Shown here piece after piece: positions 61,481-64,000 of a stretch of DNA of 64,000 nt. The translations under genes were made by a program, and so were the position numbers. Source of the stretch: Octopus vulgaris (taxonomy: Eukaryota); NCBI GenBank assembly GCA_951406725.2, contig OX597828.1, forward strand, positions 21,762,001 through 21,826,000, written 5' to 3'. A model generated the notes under the pieces. That model was not told where the DNA came from. It did not search any database and was given only the letters and a program-made list of their open reading frames with translations. Positions within the stretch are counted from its first letter, which is position 1; each line of letters opens with the position of its first letter.

Positions 61481-61996
61481 TTATAGTGCTAGATCATTAA
61501 TATCAACATTTCCTGAATATCATCATTCAGAGTTAGAAAGATTTTCTTATCCAAATTTTAATGTTAAAATGTAAGAATTCAAAAAAAAAAAACCCCAGCG
61601 AAAAATAGTTGTTGTTTTATATAAATACCTAGTTTTTGGAATTCTCTGTTGTTTCGGTTAAGCATGTTTCAAAATGTAAGGCCTACAAAAACTGCTTTCT
61701 CAATTCTGAGTTGTAAGTGATTTGGGTTTCACAAAACTTTTCTCACTTTGCAAGAGTCTGCCTGACAAAACTCAATATTATCTGCTGTGGCAGCCGAAGT
61801 ATATTCCAACAATAACCACAAACAATCCTACCTTTGCAGGAAAAAAAAAATGAAACAAATTTATTGACCATCACATTGGTGCCAATTATGAAGACAAACA
61901 TGTTGATATAAGCACAACTTCAATTATGGGTTGTTGGCTCTGAGCTGTCTCACATTTATGTAGCTTTTCCTTTCTGTTTATAGCGTGTAAGAAAAA

Positions 61997-62847
61997 CGAA
62001 GTGGTAACAAAAGGTTCCCAGACTAGATATGCTTGATAAAAAAAAAAAAATAATAATTTTCCTACGTTTTAACGTTTTCGAAATAGCCACTTTGCGCAGC
62101 AATACACCGGTGCCAACGATCCTGCCACTTTTGCAATCCGGCCTGGAAGCCATTTTCCGTAAGCGAGTCGAGGAGTTTCTGCCGTTCAGTCTGGATCTCG
62201 ACAACGGTATTAAAAGAGCAATATTTAAGCTGTATTTTCATCTTGGGAAAGTGGTGGAAGTCCGTAGGTGCTAAATCTGGCGAATATGAAGTGATACTAT
62301 ATTGTTTTGACGAGTGAAGAATCCTGTTCTTGGCAATCCAGAGATCTGGTCACTTTCGTCGAATGTCATCCCTCAAACGATTTAAAACGTCATAGTACAA
62401 CTCTCGATTGACCTGGGATCCGAATTCTCGATGCACAATACCTCATTTCCGAGGATGACGCTCATGGCAGCTCTTCCAGATCTGTCATCATCTTTCAGGG
62501 ACGTTCTTCCGGGTTTCAAGCGCCCATACCATTAGCGACGTCGCGTACGACTCATTGTTCCGTTGCCGTAAGCTTGCCGAACCGTCCCGAATATCTCTGT
62601 AGCAGATCCCGCCCAAATTTTGCGTTGGCTCTTTGTTCCAACTTCCAGTCCATGACGAAATCGTACGCTACAGCATACGCGTGTTCACTAAAACACACAT
62701 TTCACAATTTACGAAGAAAACACAGCAATGTCACTCGGCACACCACCTAATGAAGGTCACTGCTAGCTGTCACTGAGCATGCATCCACGTTCTGCCATCT
62801 GGTGTCGCGTTACAGAACTAGTCCGTGAACGTTCTGATACCACTTCG
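61997..62847 (-). mobile_element. Internally deleted mariner element
   Basis: Imperfect ~30-bp TIRs CGAAGTGGTA.CA.AA.GTTC...GACTAG. Minus-strand remnants EQRAN, QAYG, SLKDDDRSGR and SPDLAPTDF. Confidence 0.85.
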
Positions 62848-64000
62848 TATGGATATTAGTTGCCATTTTAAAGTAAAACTGATCTGATGCTTTGTAATGA
62901 TACGGCGATGATAACTAAGCATCCCACGTCTAACAACACTGGAACAAACCATTCATATGATCAAAGAAACACAGATATCCACTAACATCATAGTAAACTG
63001 AAAATTCAGCATGCGTTCTTACGGAACACTCTACTCATGGAATCATCCCCAATTAAATTTCACTCTTTTCGCCTGTATACAGAAAAGCTTACATTTTTGT
63101 CAACCACGCAGCACTTTGAAAGATCAAATACACAGAAAAATCAATCAATGGAGATTCTTCCTCTATCTGTATTCTTAGAGAAAACGAAGAGCATATCTCT
63201 TCTCTGACGTTTTAAACATTTTTCTATTTTTCTAAAGTAGTTCAAGAGCTTCTGTACCTTACACAAGGAGTCCAAGACTAGTCTTGATCAATGATAATCA
63301 TTCACAACTAAAGTCGATATTCCATCCAGAATTTGGCACTTTTTATATTTTTATTTGATAACTTATTGCTTCTAATTCAACAGAATGTTTCTGGCGGATT
63401 TTGTATTCCGGTGTTGCCAATATACTTAAAAAGTTAACATTCAAAACTCCACAAGACAATCTTAAACAGATAAACGTGACTTTAGATACGTAGGAGTAGC
63501 GAGATAAATTTCATAAAAATAGGAATTATCAGTGTAGGTCAGTAAACGTTGATGATGGAGAGATGTTATTATTATATATCGGAATCAATGCCCTGACTTT
63601 AGAAATAGACATTGAGGTAGATAACACAAAACTACGATAAATTAAAAATGTTTGGAAATTGGTTACGCAATATTATCTCTATGGCTTCAAGATGTTCCAT
63701 TATCGAAGAAGTAAATCCAACATCTAATTCTTCTTATAAAATTTTCAGTATTTTCTATTAGAATTTCATTTAGCATTTTTCTTGATGGAATAGGAGGAAA
63801 CAGGAAAAGACTCGGCAAAGAAATTCAACACAGTCTTGCTCTATAGAGAGATACTTATAAATATTTTGTGTATGGTGCCCTACTCTTGAAAGAGATACGA
63901 TAGATGTCGGTTATTACATAAAATATGTGTGAAAAGAAGGCGAAAATATAGCACTCAAGTTATAAGTTATAGTCTACTGGAATATATAGAATAACATAAC

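Overview
Repeat-dense, AT-rich eukaryotic non-coding DNA. The SINE families and microsatellite load suggest an octopod cephalopod (inference). I can support no host protein-coding exon; nearly all listed ORFs are translations of (TA)n, (CA)n, (TATC)n, (TAA)n, (GAT)n or (GAA)n tracts. Recognisable content: a near-complete Tc1 (DD34E) transposon with TIRs, two decayed mariners, a 5'-truncated CR1/L2-type LINE, several R4/Dong LINE 3' ends, a Naiad-like Penelope element (GIY-YIG) with a hammerhead ribozyme motif, a second Penelope GIY-YIG fragment, a short Helitron, several tRNA-derived SINE families, and an interleaved local duplication. The most interesting signal is a set of at least 8 minimal type I hammerhead-like motifs from about 5 sequence groups. 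Most lie in short non-coding elements at (TA)n tracts, and some of these elements have a recurring fold-back (arm-spacer-arm-tail) architecture. All coordinates were read by eye and may be off by a few bases.
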